From Candidatus Eiseniibacteriota bacterium (GTDB lineage: Bacteria; Eisenbacteria; RBG-16-71-46; SZUA-252), in assembly GCA_005893275.1 (NCBI GenBank), contig VBOW01000018.1:12184-76183 (forward strand): a stretch of DNA of 64,000 bases, in the 5' to 3' direction. The position numbers were made by a program, and so were the translations under genes. This document shows positions 28,058-38,752 of this stretch, piece after piece. The notes beneath the pieces were generated by a model that saw nothing but the letters and a program-made list of their open reading frames with translations, made no database searches and was not told the origin of the DNA. Positions within the stretch are counted from its first letter, which is position 1, and every line of letters starts with the position of its first letter.

Positions 28058-28731
28058 AGTGCCGGTCAGCCGAGTCATTGTTCTCGCCCTACATTGAGGA
28101 CGAGATAAGCCAGGAGGAGCGCCGGGAGCTGGAGGCGCACCTCATGGGGTGTCGTCGGTGCTCGCTCGGAATCCGTGAGGTCCGGGCCGCGATTTCGCTC
28201 ATGGAGGGCCTCCCTCAGGCGGCACCCGGCCCCCATTTCGAGGAGGACGTCTTCGCGCGGATCCGGTCCGGCGAGGGCCTTCGTTTAAGCCCCACGGAGC
28301 TGATCCGAGAGCTGTTCTCCCCGGCCCGGCTGCGCCCCGTCTTCATGACCGGGACCGCCGTGTGCGCCGTGTTCATCGCGGTCATGCTGTCTCCGGTGGG
28401 CCAGGGGGGGCTCCACCCGAAACGCACCCATCCCGGCGTGAGCGTTCGACAGGAGGCCGGTCCGCAGATCCAACCGGGGCCGAGCGCTCCGGCTGCCCCG
28501 GCCGAGCGGGCCACCGCCCCCGCGCATGCCGGCGAGGCTCCCGTGGTTGCGAGCGTGCCGAGCCGCCTCGCGGTGCGCGATTCAATCGTGGACGGCACGG
28601 TCCCGCGTCAACGCTACCTGGATGAGATCATCAACGATAAGTTCTACCTCGAGCGCGGTGGCGAAGGGGAGAACTCCACCGTCGTCCCGGTCAACGAGAC
28701 GCCTGACGACGGCGTGTACATCACGTTCTAA
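28054..28731 (+). CDS. zinc-finger (zf-HC2) anti-sigma factor with one TM helix
   Basis: HxxxCxxC motif (HLMGCRRC). Single transmembrane helix. ATGA overlap with the sigma factor gene. Confidence 0.65.
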   Translation: MKCRSAESLFSPYIEDEISQEERRELEAHLMGCRRCSLGIREVRAAISLMEGLPQAAPGPHFEEDVFARIRSGEGLRLSPTELIRELFSPARLRPVFMTGTAVCAVFIAVMLSPVGQGGLHPKRTHPGVSVRQEAGPQIQPGPSAPAAPAERATAPAHAGEAPVVASVPSRLAVRDSIVDGTVPRQRYLDEIINDKFYLERGGEGENSTVVPVNETPDDGVYITF

Positions 28732-28762
28732 GCGAAGCGTCTCGGGCCGGAGTGCATCGGCG

Positions 28763-29959
28763 ATGCCTGTGACCCGAATCCGATCGGCACGCGCCTCAGG
28801 GCTCACCGTCTTCACCCTTCTCCTGCTTTTCTGCTCGAACGCGAGCGCGAGCACCGCCACCATTCTCCCTTTCAAGAGCGACGAAGCGACGCTGCTCGTT
28901 GGCGTCGATTCCGCACGCACCAGCGTCGTGACCATGGTCGCGATGCCCGCGCCTGATTCGAGGCCGAGAACGGCCCCCGTGCGGCGCCTCATCGGCACGG
29001 GGGTCGTTCTGGGGCCGCACCGGCTCCTCACGACGGCGAGCATGGCGATCTCCCGGGGGACCTTCACCGTGCACCTGGGCGACGGCGACCGGCGCGGTGC
29101 GCAGATCCGAGGCGTGGATCGACAATCGAACGTCGCCCTTTTCGCGGTGGACGGTCCGCCGCTTCAGCCGCTCCGGCAAGCTTCTCCCCAATCGCTCGCG
29201 ATCGGCTCCTGGGTGGCGGTCATCTCCAACGTGAGCGTCACACAGCCCCAGATCACGTTGGGGCACGTCGTGGGCCGGGGCGAGCGCATCGATTTCCCCT
29301 ATTCCGGCGATATCGCCGAGATCGAGGCCTCGACATACCCAGGAGCGAGCGGGGGCGCCGTTCTGAACGAAGCGGGAGAGTGGGTCGCGATCGTCGTCGG
29401 ACGCGCGGGACCCGCTCCGGTCCGCTCTTCGGCGTCCTCCGTGGTGGAACCCGACGGCGCGGACCGGAAGCAATCGACCGATCTCCTGATCGCGCTCCCC
29501 GTCGATCAGCTGCTGCGAATCGCAGATGATCTCGAAGAATACGGGAGCGTGCGGCGCGCGTTCCTGGGAATCCAGATGCGGCGCGGACTCCTCGCGGACA
29601 CCCTCGGCGTGCTTGTGGAAGGTGTCGTGCCGCGAAGCCCCGCCGAGCTGGCGGGTCTCAAGGCGGGAGACCGGATCCTGGCGTTCGAAGGGTCGGTCAT
29701 CCACTCGGGGGAGGAAATCACCTCGCTCGTGCGCTCGCTCCGGCCCGGCGATGAAATCGAGATGACCGTCTCGCGCGGCGCGGATATCTTTCCGATGCAC
29801 GCGACTCTCGACGCCGCGGTGGGCGCGCCCGCCGCGCCGCCTCCGCCGAGCCGTGCCGCGGAGCTGGGACGTCTCAAGCGCTCGCTTCGAAAGCTCGAGG
29901 CGGAGACTCAAAAGATCGAGGAGCAGATCAAGGCGCTCGAGTCCTCCCCGGCGCGCTAG
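28763..29959 (+). CDS. HtrA/DegP-like trypsin-fold protein with PDZ domain and C-terminal coiled coil; catalytic His apparently degenerate
   Basis: Signal peptide. Asp region NVALFAV. Ser motif PGASGGAV. PDZ-like segment (FLGIQMRRG...LKAGDRILAFEG). The expected TNNHV His motif reads TTASMA. Confidence 0.6.
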   Translation: MPVTRIRSARASGLTVFTLLLLFCSNASASTATILPFKSDEATLLVGVDSARTSVVTMVAMPAPDSRPRTAPVRRLIGTGVVLGPHRLLTTASMAISRGTFTVHLGDGDRRGAQIRGVDRQSNVALFAVDGPPLQPLRQASPQSLAIGSWVAVISNVSVTQPQITLGHVVGRGERIDFPYSGDIAEIEASTYPGASGGAVLNEAGEWVAIVVGRAGPAPVRSSASSVVEPDGADRKQSTDLLIALPVDQLLRIADDLEEYGSVRRAFLGIQMRRGLLADTLGVLVEGVVPRSPAELAGLKAGDRILAFEGSVIHSGEEITSLVRSLRPGDEIEMTVSRGADIFPMHATLDAAVGAPAAPPPPSRAAELGRLKRSLRKLEAETQKIEEQIKALESSPAR

Positions 29960-30028
29960 CCCGGCGCCAACCGGACGGACCCCGGGCGCTAGTCCCTCCC
30001 TCCACCGTGTGGTAGCCTGCGCACCGCC

Positions 30029-30994
30029 ATGGGGCGCATGACAAGAGCTTCTGTCCTTTTCCTGTTCGCGGTCGCCGCCGCGGGTTGCGGCGGCCGTCCC
30101 TTCGCGGAAGGAAGCAGCCGCGAGCTCACGATCGTGACCGCGCTCCCCGCCGACTCCCCCGAGATCCTGCTCCTGCGCGCCGTCGTGGAGCGTCTCGCGA
30201 TCAGGATCGAAGACGAGTCCGCTTACGACGTGCACCTGGCCACCGCGGACGATCCGGGCGTGTACCGCGCACGAACGGTGCTTTTCGTCGGGTTCGGACC
30301 CGCGGAGAGGATTCCCCGGGAGCTCGAGCCCCTGAAGGGGTCGCTCGCGTCGGCTCGCGAGCCGTTCGTATTTTCTCCCGACGTCTGGCTCCGCGGGCAG
30401 GCGGCGGGTATCTTCTGGACGGAAACGCGCGGCGATCTTCTGCCGGCGCTCCAGCGATATCAGAACCGCCTCTTCGAGGAGCTCGACCGCGCCACGTTCT
30501 CCACGGTGCGCGCCCGGCTCCTCGCTCTCCCCCGCGATCATGATGCCGAGAAGAGCCTCCGAAGGCTCGCGGGATTCGGCTTGCGCGTCCCGCGCGGATA
30601 CGCGGTTCGGATTCATCCCGGCACGAAGGCCGCGCTTCTCCTGAATGAGGGCCCGCCCGCGCGGCTCTTGCGCATCATGCCGGTGGGAGCGGCACGCGGC
30701 CCGGATCTGCGGAGCATGCGCGCCGCGCTCGCCCGCGCGTTCCGGCCCAACGAGCGCACGCTCGACCTGATCGACCCGACCCTCACGCCCGGCGAGCTCG
30801 CGGGCGCGGTCCGGCAGATCCACGGCCGCTGGGAAGACGGGGAGGTGAGCGCCGCCGGACCGTATCGCTTCTACGAAGTCGCACGGCAGGGGAGACGGTT
30901 CTACGTGGACCTCGCCGTCTTCGCTCCGGGGAGGCCCAAGCTTCCTTACCTCCGCGAGCTCCAGGCGATCGCGGAGACGCTGACCGCCCGATGA
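30029..30994 (+). CDS. hypothetical lipoprotein
   Basis: Signal peptide with lipobox AAAGC. No recognisable enzymatic motifs. 4-nt overlap with aroB. Confidence 0.5.
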   Translation: MGRMTRASVLFLFAVAAAGCGGRPFAEGSSRELTIVTALPADSPEILLLRAVVERLAIRIEDESAYDVHLATADDPGVYRARTVLFVGFGPAERIPRELEPLKGSLASAREPFVFSPDVWLRGQAAGIFWTETRGDLLPALQRYQNRLFEELDRATFSTVRARLLALPRDHDAEKSLRRLAGFGLRVPRGYAVRIHPGTKAALLLNEGPPARLLRIMPVGAARGPDLRSMRAALARAFRPNERTLDLIDPTLTPGELAGAVRQIHGRWEDGEVSAAGPYRFYEVARQGRRFYVDLAVFAPGRPKLPYLRELQAIAETLTAR

Positions 30995-32067
30995 TCTCGG
31001 TATCGGTCCCGCGCGGGAGAATCCGCTATTCGATCCAGGTCGCACCGGGCCTTCTCGGTCGCGCCGGCGAGGCGATGCTCCGAGTATGCGACCCGGGAAA
31101 GCTGCTCGTGGTCACCGACCGGACCGTTGCGCGGCTTTACGGCGCGCGGCTTCTTTCGAGCCTTCGTCGCGCCGGATTTACGCCGCGGGCGATCGCGCTG
31201 CCGCCGGGGGAACACACGAAGACGATCGCCAACGTTCGGCGCCTCTGCGAGCGCTGGGCGCGGTGGCGCGTGGACCGGTCGGTCCCGGTCTTGGCGCTCG
31301 GCGGAGGGGTGGTGTCCGATACGGCCGGCTTCGCGGCCGCGGCCTACGCGCGGGGGCTCGACTGGGTCGTCTTTCCGACGACGCTTCTCGCGCAGGCCGA
31401 CGCAGGGATCGGCGGAAAGGTGGGGGTCAATCTCCCCGAGGGAAAAAATCTCCTCGGCGCCTTCCATCATCCGCGAGGGGTCTTCTGCGATCCCGAAGCG
31501 CTCCGGACGCTCTCTCCTCGCGCCTTCCGATCAGGGTTGGCCGAAATCGTGAAAATCGGCGTCATCCGACGCCCCGCGATCCTAGCGAGCCTGCGCCGCC
31601 TCGGGGGGGATCGCGCGCGCGTCACGGGGCTGATCCGCGCCGCGGCGAGAGAGAAGGCGTGGTATGTCTCTCGTGATCCGGCAGATCGAGGGATTCGGCA
31701 GCACTTGAACTTCGGCCACACCGTGGGGCACGCGCTCGAAGCCTCGTACGGATACCGTCGATTCACCCACGGCGAGGCGGTCTCGATCGGAATGGTCGCG
31801 GCATCGAGGCTGAGCGTCCGCGTGGCGGGCCTCGACCCGCGCTCGGCGGTGGAGATCGAGGATCTGCTGCGATTGCTCGGTCTTCCGGTGAGGCTCAGCC
31901 GTTCGCCGCGGGCGGCCTTTTGGAGCGCGCTGGGAAAGGACAAGAAGCGTGGACGGACGTCTCTTCGAATGGTATTGTCGCCCGCGATTGGAGCAGCTAA
32001 GACCTATGAACTACACTCGCTTACCCCGCTCCGCGAGGTAATCTCGAGCCTCGTCCAGAAACCCTGA
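30991..32067 (+). CDS. aroB: 3-dehydroquinate synthase
   Basis: DHQS motifs (LGGGVVSDTAGFAAA, GGKVGVN, metal-binding HTVGHALE). Confidence 0.85.
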   Translation: MISVSVPRGRIRYSIQVAPGLLGRAGEAMLRVCDPGKLLVVTDRTVARLYGARLLSSLRRAGFTPRAIALPPGEHTKTIANVRRLCERWARWRVDRSVPVLALGGGVVSDTAGFAAAAYARGLDWVVFPTTLLAQADAGIGGKVGVNLPEGKNLLGAFHHPRGVFCDPEALRTLSPRAFRSGLAEIVKIGVIRRPAILASLRRLGGDRARVTGLIRAAAREKAWYVSRDPADRGIRQHLNFGHTVGHALEASYGYRRFTHGEAVSIGMVAASRLSVRVAGLDPRSAVEIEDLLRLLGLPVRLSRSPRAAFWSALGKDKKRGRTSLRMVLSPAIGAAKTYELHSLTPLREVISSLVQKP

Positions 32068-32074
32068 GAGGCTT

Positions 32075-32992
32075 ATGTCCGAGGACGCACGCTACGATTC
32101 AATCGCGCTGCTCGAACGCATCGCGACCCAGGATCCGTCATCGCCGCTTTATCTTCCGCTCGCCGAGCGCATGCGCGAGCAGGGCAGAGTCGAGGAGGCG
32201 ATCCGGCTCTGCGAGGAGCGCCGCGGCCGCCCCGGTGAAGGCGTCGGGGACCGCATCGTCTTGGGCCGTTGTTACCTCGCGGGGGGCCGTCTGCCCGAGG
32301 CACGCGCCCAATTCGAGAGCGCGGTCCGGCTGGACCGGGAGAACGTCGTCGCGCTCAAGGCGCTGGCGGGGATCCTCTCCCACGAGGGAAATCACGCCTC
32401 CGCTTCGGATTTCTATCGCGCGGTCTGCCGAATCGATCCCGGCGATCTCGAATCTCAAACGGCCCTTCATCAGATCACGTCGGGAGAGTTTCCCGAGGTG
32501 CGCCCTCCGGATCTGGTTGTTGCCCAAGGGGAGCTCACGTGGCAGCCGGTGCAGCCGCCCCGCGAAGAGGAATACCTGGGCGAGATCTCGCTGGGCCTCC
32601 ACACGATCGAGTCCTTCGACTCCGAATCGCCGCGGCCCTACGAGGTCAAGGTGCAGGATTTCCAGGAGATGGAGCTCGAACGCTTCGGGGTCGACCGCTC
32701 AACCGCACCCGAGGCGCGAGGCGACGTAGCGGTCGCCCCGCCCGAGCCCGTTGATGCCGCGGTCGCCCGTGACGAGCCCGCTCGCGCCGAGGTTCCGCCG
32801 GCCGAGCCCGCCCGCGCCGCGGCTCCCCAGGTGGAGGCCGAACGCGCTTCAGACCCCGCGCCTGTGTCCGACTGGACCGAGCTCCCTCGCAGCCCGATGC
32901 CCGTCGCGGAGCCCTTCAAGCCCCCGAGGACGCAGCAGAACAAATCGGCCTTCGAAACATGGGTGAGAAGGCTCAAGGGTGGAGCGGGCTGA
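32075..32992 (+). CDS. TPR-repeat protein with Pro/Ala-rich C-terminus
   Basis: Three or four TPR-like repeats, then a low-complexity acidic and Pro-rich tail. Confidence 0.55.
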   Translation: MSEDARYDSIALLERIATQDPSSPLYLPLAERMREQGRVEEAIRLCEERRGRPGEGVGDRIVLGRCYLAGGRLPEARAQFESAVRLDRENVVALKALAGILSHEGNHASASDFYRAVCRIDPGDLESQTALHQITSGEFPEVRPPDLVVAQGELTWQPVQPPREEEYLGEISLGLHTIESFDSESPRPYEVKVQDFQEMELERFGVDRSTAPEARGDVAVAPPEPVDAAVARDEPARAEVPPAEPARAAAPQVEAERASDPAPVSDWTELPRSPMPVAEPFKPPRTQQNKSAFETWVRRLKGGAG

Positions 32993-33456
32993 TGCCGCGG
33001 ACCGTATGGGTATTGCACGGTCCGAACATGGACCTCCTGGGCTCCCGCGAGCCCGAGCTCTACGGTCGCGAGACGCTCCAATCGATCGACCGGAGGCTGA
33101 GGAAGCTCGGAGAGGACCTCGGGCTCGGCGTGGAGTGTTTTCAGACCAATCACGAGGGGGCGCTCATCGACCGCCTGACCGTGGCGATGAGCGCCGCCCA
33201 GGGTTGCGTCATCAACCCCGGGGGCCTCTCGCACACAAGCGTGGCCCTCGCGGACACGATACGTGCGATGACGATTCCGGTGGTCGAGGTGCATCTCACG
33301 AACCTTTACGCGCGCGAACCCGCGCGCGCCTCCAGCCTGACCGGGGCGCACGCCTCGGGCGTGATCATGGGTTTCGGGGCACGGAGCTACGAGCTGGGGC
33401 TTCGCGAGCTGGCCTCGCGGCTCAAGCCGTCCGGAACACGCGGGAGATCCCGGTGA
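32992..33456 (+). CDS. aroQ: type II 3-dehydroquinate dehydratase
   Basis: DHQase II motifs (VLHGPNMDLLGSREPELYG, NPGGLSHTSVAL). ATG overlaps the TPR stop. Confidence 0.9.
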   Translation: MPRTVWVLHGPNMDLLGSREPELYGRETLQSIDRRLRKLGEDLGLGVECFQTNHEGALIDRLTVAMSAAQGCVINPGGLSHTSVALADTIRAMTIPVVEVHLTNLYAREPARASSLTGAHASGVIMGFGARSYELGLRELASRLKPSGTRGRSR

Positions 33457-33896
33457 ATCTCCGCAAACGGATCCGCGAGCTGGTCGCGGTCATGCGCGAG
33501 GAGGAACTCGCCGAAATCGAGGTGCGCCGCTGGTTCACGACGGTGCGCGTGCGCCGGCCGGGTGCCGACACCGCGATGCCGGTCCAGGCGGTGGCCCCGG
33601 CGGAAGCGGCCGAGCGCCGCGATGGGGACGAGAAGCAGCTGAGGGATCTGGTCCCGATCAAGTCGCCGATGGTGGGCACCTTTTATCGCGCGCCCGCTCC
33701 CGATGCCGATCCCTACGTCGAGGAAAACAGCTCGATCACCGTCGGGCAGACGGTGTGCATTGTCGAAGCGATGAAGCTCATGAACGAGATCGAATCCGAA
33801 GTTGGCGGACGAATCGCTCGGATCCTCGTTGAAAACGCGCAGCCCGTGGAGTACGGGCAGACGCTGTTCCTGGTGGAGGCCGACACCGCGGCGTAG
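33453..33896 (+). CDS. accB: acetyl-CoA carboxylase biotin carboxyl carrier protein
   Basis: Biotinyl domain with EAMKLMNEI. GTGA overlap with aroQ. Confidence 0.85.
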   Translation: MNLRKRIRELVAVMREEELAEIEVRRWFTTVRVRRPGADTAMPVQAVAPAEAAERRDGDEKQLRDLVPIKSPMVGTFYRAPAPDADPYVEENSSITVGQTVCIVEAMKLMNEIESEVGGRIARILVENAQPVEYGQTLFLVEADTAA

Positions 33897-33911
33897 CCTG
33901 CCCGGGGGGGA

Positions 33912-35036
33912 GTGGGGATGAACATCAAGCGAGTGTTGCAGAAGATGGTGGAGCTCAAGGCGTCCGACCTTCACGTCAAGGTCGGCGCGAAGCCCACCGT
34001 GCGGGTGGACGGCAGCCTGGTCACGCTCGACGAGGCGGCTCCGTCTCAAGCGGATCTCGAGGCGATCGTCGATCAGATCCTGACACCGAAGCAGAAGAAG
34101 ATATTCGAAGAGACGAAAGAGGTCGACTTTGCTTTCGGGGTGACCGGCCTTTCGCGTTTCCGGACCAACTTCTACCAGCAGCGTGGGACCATCGCGATGG
34201 TCTACCGGCAGGTGCCGGCCACGATCCCAGCCTTCGAAGAGCTGAATCTTCCGACCGTGATCGAGGAGATCTCGACCCGTCCGCGCGGGCTCGTGCTCGT
34301 GTGTGGCACGGTCGGGAGCGGTAAATCCACCACGCTCGCCGCGATGATCGACTCGGTGAACCGGACCTCGGCGCGAAACGTGATCACGATCGAAGACCCC
34401 GTCGAGTTCCTCTACCGGGACAAGAAGAGCACCATCTCCCAGCGCGAAGTCGGACTCGATACCGCCTCCTTCGCCGAGGGCCTGAAGCACATCTTGCGGC
34501 AGGATCCCGACGTGATTCTGATCGGCGAGATCCGCGACGCGGAGACGATGGGGACGGCGCTCATGGCCGCCGACACGGGCCACCTCGTGCTCTCCACCCT
34601 CCACACCACCGATGCGTCGCAGACGATCAACCGGATTCTTTCGTTCTTCCCGCCGCACCAGCACGAGGAGACCCGGTACATGCTCTCCTCCACGCTTCAG
34701 GCGGTCATCGCGCTCAGGCTCATGCCTCGGTCCGATCAGACGGGACGGATTCCCGCGGCGGAAGTCATGACGGTCACGGCCACGATCCGCGAGTACCTCC
34801 TCGATCCGGAGAAGACTTCGCTCATCAAGGGCGCGATCCAGGAGGGCGTCTCCCAGTACGGGATGCAGACCTTCGACCAGGCCATCATGAAGCATCACAC
34901 GGAGGGGAAAATCAGTCTCGAGACGGCCCTCCGATACTGCTCCAATCCCACCGAGTTCGAGCTCCGCGTGAAAGGCATCCACGCGACGTCGGACGAGTCC
35001 TGGAAACCGTTCGAGCACAAAGAGAATCTCGTCTAG
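33912..35036 (+). CDS. pilT: type IV pilus retraction ATPase PilT
   Basis: PilT/PilU family Walker A ([10 protein letters not shown]), Asp box, Walker B and His box. 374 aa. Confidence 0.85.
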   Translation: MGMNIKRVLQKMVELKASDLHVKVGAKPTVRVDGSLVTLDEAAPSQADLEAIVDQILTPKQKKIFEETKEVDFAFGVTGLSRFRTNFYQQRGTIAMVYRQVPATIPAFEELNLPTVIEEISTRPRGLVLVCGTVGSGKSTTLAAMIDSVNRTSARNVITIEDPVEFLYRDKKSTISQREVGLDTASFAEGLKHILRQDPDVILIGEIRDAETMGTALMAADTGHLVLSTLHTTDASQTINRILSFFPPHQHEETRYMLSSTLQAVIALRLMPRSDQTGRIPAAEVMTVTATIREYLLDPEKTSLIKGAIQEGVSQYGMQTFDQAIMKHHTEGKISLETALRYCSNPTEFELRVKGIHATSDESWKPFEHKENLV

Positions 35037-35040
35037 CGGA

Positions 35041-36399
35041 ATGTTCAAGAAAATCCTGGTTGCCAACCGCGGAGAGATCGCGTTGCGGATCATCCGCGCG
35101 GCCCGGGAGCTCGGGGTCGAGACCGTCGCTGTCTATTCCGAGGCGGACCGGGATTCGCTGCACGTCCGCCTGGCGGATGAAGCGGTTTGTATCGGGCCGC
35201 CCCCCTCGTCCGCGAGCTATCTCCACATCGCGCGGATCATCAGCGCCGCCGAGATCACGGCTGTCGAGGCGATCCACCCGGGCTACGGCTTCCTTTCCGA
35301 GAACGCCCATTTCGCCGAGGTGTGCGAGTCGTGCCACATCCGCTTCATCGGGCCGACCTCGGAGATGATCCGGCTGATGGGAGACAAGGCGGCCGCGCGG
35401 AGGACCATGCTCCGAGCCGGCGTGCCGGTGACGCCGGGAAGCGAGGGAACGCTCGAGTCCCCGGACGAAGCGGCCAAGGTCGCGTCCCGCCTCGGCTACC
35501 CCGTGATCATCAAGGCGGCGGCGGGGGGAGGGGGCAAAGGGATGCGGATCGCCACCGATGAGTCGTCGTTGCGCCACGGGATCCGGACCGCGCAGGCGGA
35601 AGCGGAGGCCAGCTTCGGGAGCGGGGCGGTCTACCTCGAGCGGTACATCGAGAAGCCGCGCCACATCGAGTTTCAGATCATCGGGGACCGGCACGGGAAT
35701 CTGCTGCACCTGGGCGAGCGCGAGTGCTCGATCCAGCGACGGCACCAGAAGCTGATCGAGGAGTCGCCCAGCGTAGCGCTCGACGACGACCTGCGCACGA
35801 AGATGGGCTCCGCGGCGGTCGCGGGAGCGCGATCGATCGGGTACGAAGGCTGCGGCACGATGGAGTTCCTCCTCGGCGAGAACCGGGAGTTCTACTTCAT
35901 GGAGATGAATACCCGGATCCAGGTCGAGCATCCGGTCACCGAGGAGGTAACCGGATACGACCTCATCAAGGCGCAGATCGCGGTGGCGGCCGGAGAGCCG
36001 TTGCCGTGGCGGCAAGAGGAAGTCCGGCTTCGGGGACACGCTCTGGAATGCCGCGTGAACGCGGAGAAGCCGGACAAGAATTTTCAGCCCTCGCCCGGAA
36101 AGGTGAGCTATTTCCACGCTCCCGGCGGGCACGGCGTGCGCGTGGACAGCCATCTCTATTCCGGATATTACGTGCCTCCCCACTACGATTCGATGGTCGC
36201 GAAGATCATCACCTGGGGGCGCGACCGCATGGAATCCGTCGTTCGGATGCGCCGGGCTCTCGAGGAGACGGTGATCGAAGGAATCGATACCACGATTCCC
36301 CTTCATCTCCGCATTCTCAAGAGCCAAGGCTTCTTGAGCGGGGACATCCACACCGGAACCCTCGAGGAGATGCTGGGTATGGAGCAGCCGGCGAAATGA
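35041..36399 (+). CDS. accC: acetyl-CoA carboxylase biotin carboxylase subunit
   Basis: ATP-grasp biotin carboxylase motifs ([29 protein letters not shown]). Confidence 0.9.
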   Translation: MFKKILVANRGEIALRIIRAARELGVETVAVYSEADRDSLHVRLADEAVCIGPPPSSASYLHIARIISAAEITAVEAIHPGYGFLSENAHFAEVCESCHIRFIGPTSEMIRLMGDKAAARRTMLRAGVPVTPGSEGTLESPDEAAKVASRLGYPVIIKAAAGGGGKGMRIATDESSLRHGIRTAQAEAEASFGSGAVYLERYIEKPRHIEFQIIGDRHGNLLHLGERECSIQRRHQKLIEESPSVALDDDLRTKMGSAAVAGARSIGYEGCGTMEFLLGENREFYFMEMNTRIQVEHPVTEEVTGYDLIKAQIAVAAGEPLPWRQEEVRLRGHALECRVNAEKPDKNFQPSPGKVSYFHAPGGHGVRVDSHLYSGYYVPPHYDSMVAKIITWGRDRMESVVRMRRALEETVIEGIDTTIPLHLRILKSQGFLSGDIHTGTLEEMLGMEQPAK

Positions 36400-37139
36400 A
36401 GCGCATCGAGCTCTGTCTCTTGCCCTCCGAGCTGGAACGCGCTTCGCTCGACGCACAGGTCGTGCTCGTCGACGTTCTGCGCTCGTGCACCAGCATCGCG
36501 ACCGCGCTCATGAACGGAGCGGCGAAGATCATCCCCGTGAAGACGGTCGAGGAGGCGACGCGGCTTCACGAAACGCTGGATCCCAAATCGACCCTCCTTT
36601 GCGGCGAGCGGGAGGGGCGCAAGGTCGGCGGCTTCGCGCTTGGAAACTCACCGCGCGAGTTCACGCGCGAGAACGTGAACGGCGCGACGCTCATCTTCGC
36701 CTCGACCAACGCGAGCCCGTTGATGGCGGGCCCCCTGGGGGGGAGGGACCAGGTTCTCCTCGGTTACGTGAACCTGGGCGCCGTCCTTACGGCGGTTTCC
36801 GGGGTGGATGCCGACGTGACCATCGTCTGCGCGGGGCGTAACGGGCGGTTCTCCCTGGAAGATGCGGCGTGCGCCGGGGCCCTGATCCGTCGGCTCGCGG
36901 ACGCGAGGGGGAACCTCGAGCTGAACGACGCGGCCACCGTCGCGTGCGATTTCGACCGGGAACACGGCTGGTCGCCGGAGTCCATCCTGCGTCGAAGCGA
37001 GCACGGGCGCTACCTCATCGAGCTTGGTTTCGAGGAGGATATCCCGGTCTGCGCGGCGGTCGACAGCGTCCCGGTCGTGCCACAGCTCAGAAAGGGGCGT
37101 ATCACGGCTTCCGCGCCCGCGGTGGCGGAGAAGCGGTAG
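36396..37139 (+). CDS. 2-phosphosulfolactate phosphatase (ComB) family protein
   Basis: ComB-family similarity across the length. ATGA overlap with accC. Confidence 0.6.
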   Translation: MKRIELCLLPSELERASLDAQVVLVDVLRSCTSIATALMNGAAKIIPVKTVEEATRLHETLDPKSTLLCGEREGRKVGGFALGNSPREFTRENVNGATLIFASTNASPLMAGPLGGRDQVLLGYVNLGAVLTAVSGVDADVTIVCAGRNGRFSLEDAACAGALIRRLADARGNLELNDAATVACDFDREHGWSPESILRRSEHGRYLIELGFEEDIPVCAAVDSVPVVPQLRKGRITASAPAVAEKR

Positions 37140-37256
37140 CACCGCCGCGTCCGTATGACGCCGTGGAGCCCGGGTCCGGGTGTTCAGGATTTTCCTCTCC
37201 GCCCGATCCCGGGCGGGCGTGGGCTCTTCCTGACCGCCGGACGGGAGCAGCGGCCG

Positions 37257-37643
37257 ATGCGTTCCCACCCACGCCGCACCCCGCTCGCGGCAACGCTCGC
37301 CGCCTTCGCGCTCGTCGCTTCGAGCTGCTCCACCTGGCACTCGATCGGCAAGGACCGCCCTGCCGAGTTCATCGCGCGTGAGAAACCCAGCGCCGTGCGG
37401 GTCTCATTCGCGGACTCCATGCTGGTCCTGATTGGCCCCGCCCTCCAGGGTGATACCCTCCTCGGGCTCGCGAAAGGCGATCCGTCTCGGCATGTCGGGA
37501 TTCCTCTATCCGAGATTCGCAGGCTTGATGTGCGAACGCTGCGTGGGTCCACGGCCGGAAAAGTGATCGTGGGAACCTTCTGGGCCACCGGCCTCGCGCT
37601 GGCCATCTATAGCCTGTTCCATCACGATCCACCCATCCCATGA
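37257..37643 (+). CDS. small hypothetical lipoprotein
   Basis: Signal peptide with lipobox (LVASSCS), plus a C-terminal hydrophobic helix. ORF begins at 37155, with ATG at 37257. Confidence 0.35.
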   Translation: MRSHPRRTPLAATLAAFALVASSCSTWHSIGKDRPAEFIAREKPSAVRVSFADSMLVLIGPALQGDTLLGLAKGDPSRHVGIPLSEIRRLDVRTLRGSTAGKVIVGTFWATGLALAIYSLFHHDPPIP

Positions 37644-37666
37644 ACCGAGAATGCTCGCCGCGCCGC

Positions 37667-38752
37667 CTACAGCCCCCGCCGTGCCCGCCGTAAGAGCTCC
37701 AGCCCCAGGCTGCCAAAGACGATGTTCCCGAGCCAGGCTCCGACGATCGGCGGGAGCGTGCCGCTGTGGCCCAGCGCCTGGCCGGTGCGTATGATGGCGT
37801 AATAGACGAAGCTGATGAAGACCGCGAGGCCGAAGCTGATGGCGAGTCCGCCGCGACGGACCCGGATCGCGAGCGCGGTCCCGATCAGGACGACGATGAG
37901 GTTCGTCAATGGAAACGAGATCTTGAGGTAGAGCTCGACGAGATACTTCTGCACGCGGCTTCCGCTTTGCTTCAGCCTTCCGATGTATTTCTCGAGCTCC
38001 CAGTAGGAGAGCGCCGCGGGATCCTCCTCGGCTTTTTCGAAGCTCTCAGGCCGCTCCTTCAGGCCGGGGATCACGAGCTCGTTGAAGTGGGCCGCGTGCT
38101 CCCCTTCGCGGTCGAAACGCCTGACGAAGCCCTGCCGGAAGACCCAGTGGCCGTTCTCCCATTTCGCCGACTCGGCGTCGATGCGGCCGCTCAGCGTGTG
38201 TTGCTTGATTTCCTGGATCACGACCTCGCGCATCGTCCTCTCGGGGATGCTGTAGCTGCGGATCAGGAACGTGCGTCCGTCGCTGCCGAGATAGGCTAGG
38301 TTCGCGCGCACGACGGCGCCTTCGAGGTTTTCCTTCTTGATGTCGCCCCGATAGATCTTGTTTCGCACGGCGTTCAGGTGCGGCATCACGGTCTCGTTCG
38401 CAGTGAACACGGCGATGCAGACCAGCAATGCGAATAGGTACAGCGGCGCAACGATCCGGGTGAGCCCGATCCCTGCAGCCTGCATCGCGGTCAGCTCGTT
38501 GTGTCGGCCGACTTGCCCCAGGGCGAGGAGGCAGGAGAGGAGCATCGACATCGGGAGCACCATCGTCACGATCCCGGGAATCGAGACGAGGTAGAAATGC
38601 GCCACGACCGCGAGCGAGACCTTGTTGTCGAGGAAGGAATCCAGCTTCTCGAATATGTCGACCACGATGAAGATGGCGACAAAGAAGAGAAGGCCCGTGA
38701 TGAGGGATGCGAGCTGCTCTCGGACGAGGTAGCGGTCGAGGAGCTTCACGCC
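37667..38752 (-). CDS. lptG: LPS export ABC transporter permease (YjgP/YjgQ family), second gene
   Basis: Six-TM YjgP/YjgQ topology with a periplasmic beta-jellyroll insert. GTG start overlaps the upstream paralog. Confidence 0.7.
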   Translation of the reverse strand, partial: GVKLLDRYLVREQLASLITGLLFFVAIFIVVDIFEKLDSFLDNKVSLAVVAHFYLVSIPGIVTMVLPMSMLLSCLLALGQVGRHNELTAMQAAGIGLTRIVAPLYLFALLVCIAVFTANETVMPHLNAVRNKIYRGDIKKENLEGAVVRANLAYLGSDGRTFLIRSYSIPERTMREVVIQEIKQHTLSGRIDAESAKWENGHWVFRQGFVRRFDREGEHAAHFNELVIPGLKERPESFEKAEEDPAALSYWELEKYIGRLKQSGSRVQKYLVELYLKISFPLTNLIVVLIGTALAIRVRRGGLAISFGLAVFISFVYYAIIRTGQALGHSGTLPPIVGAWLGNIVFGSLGLELLRRARRGL

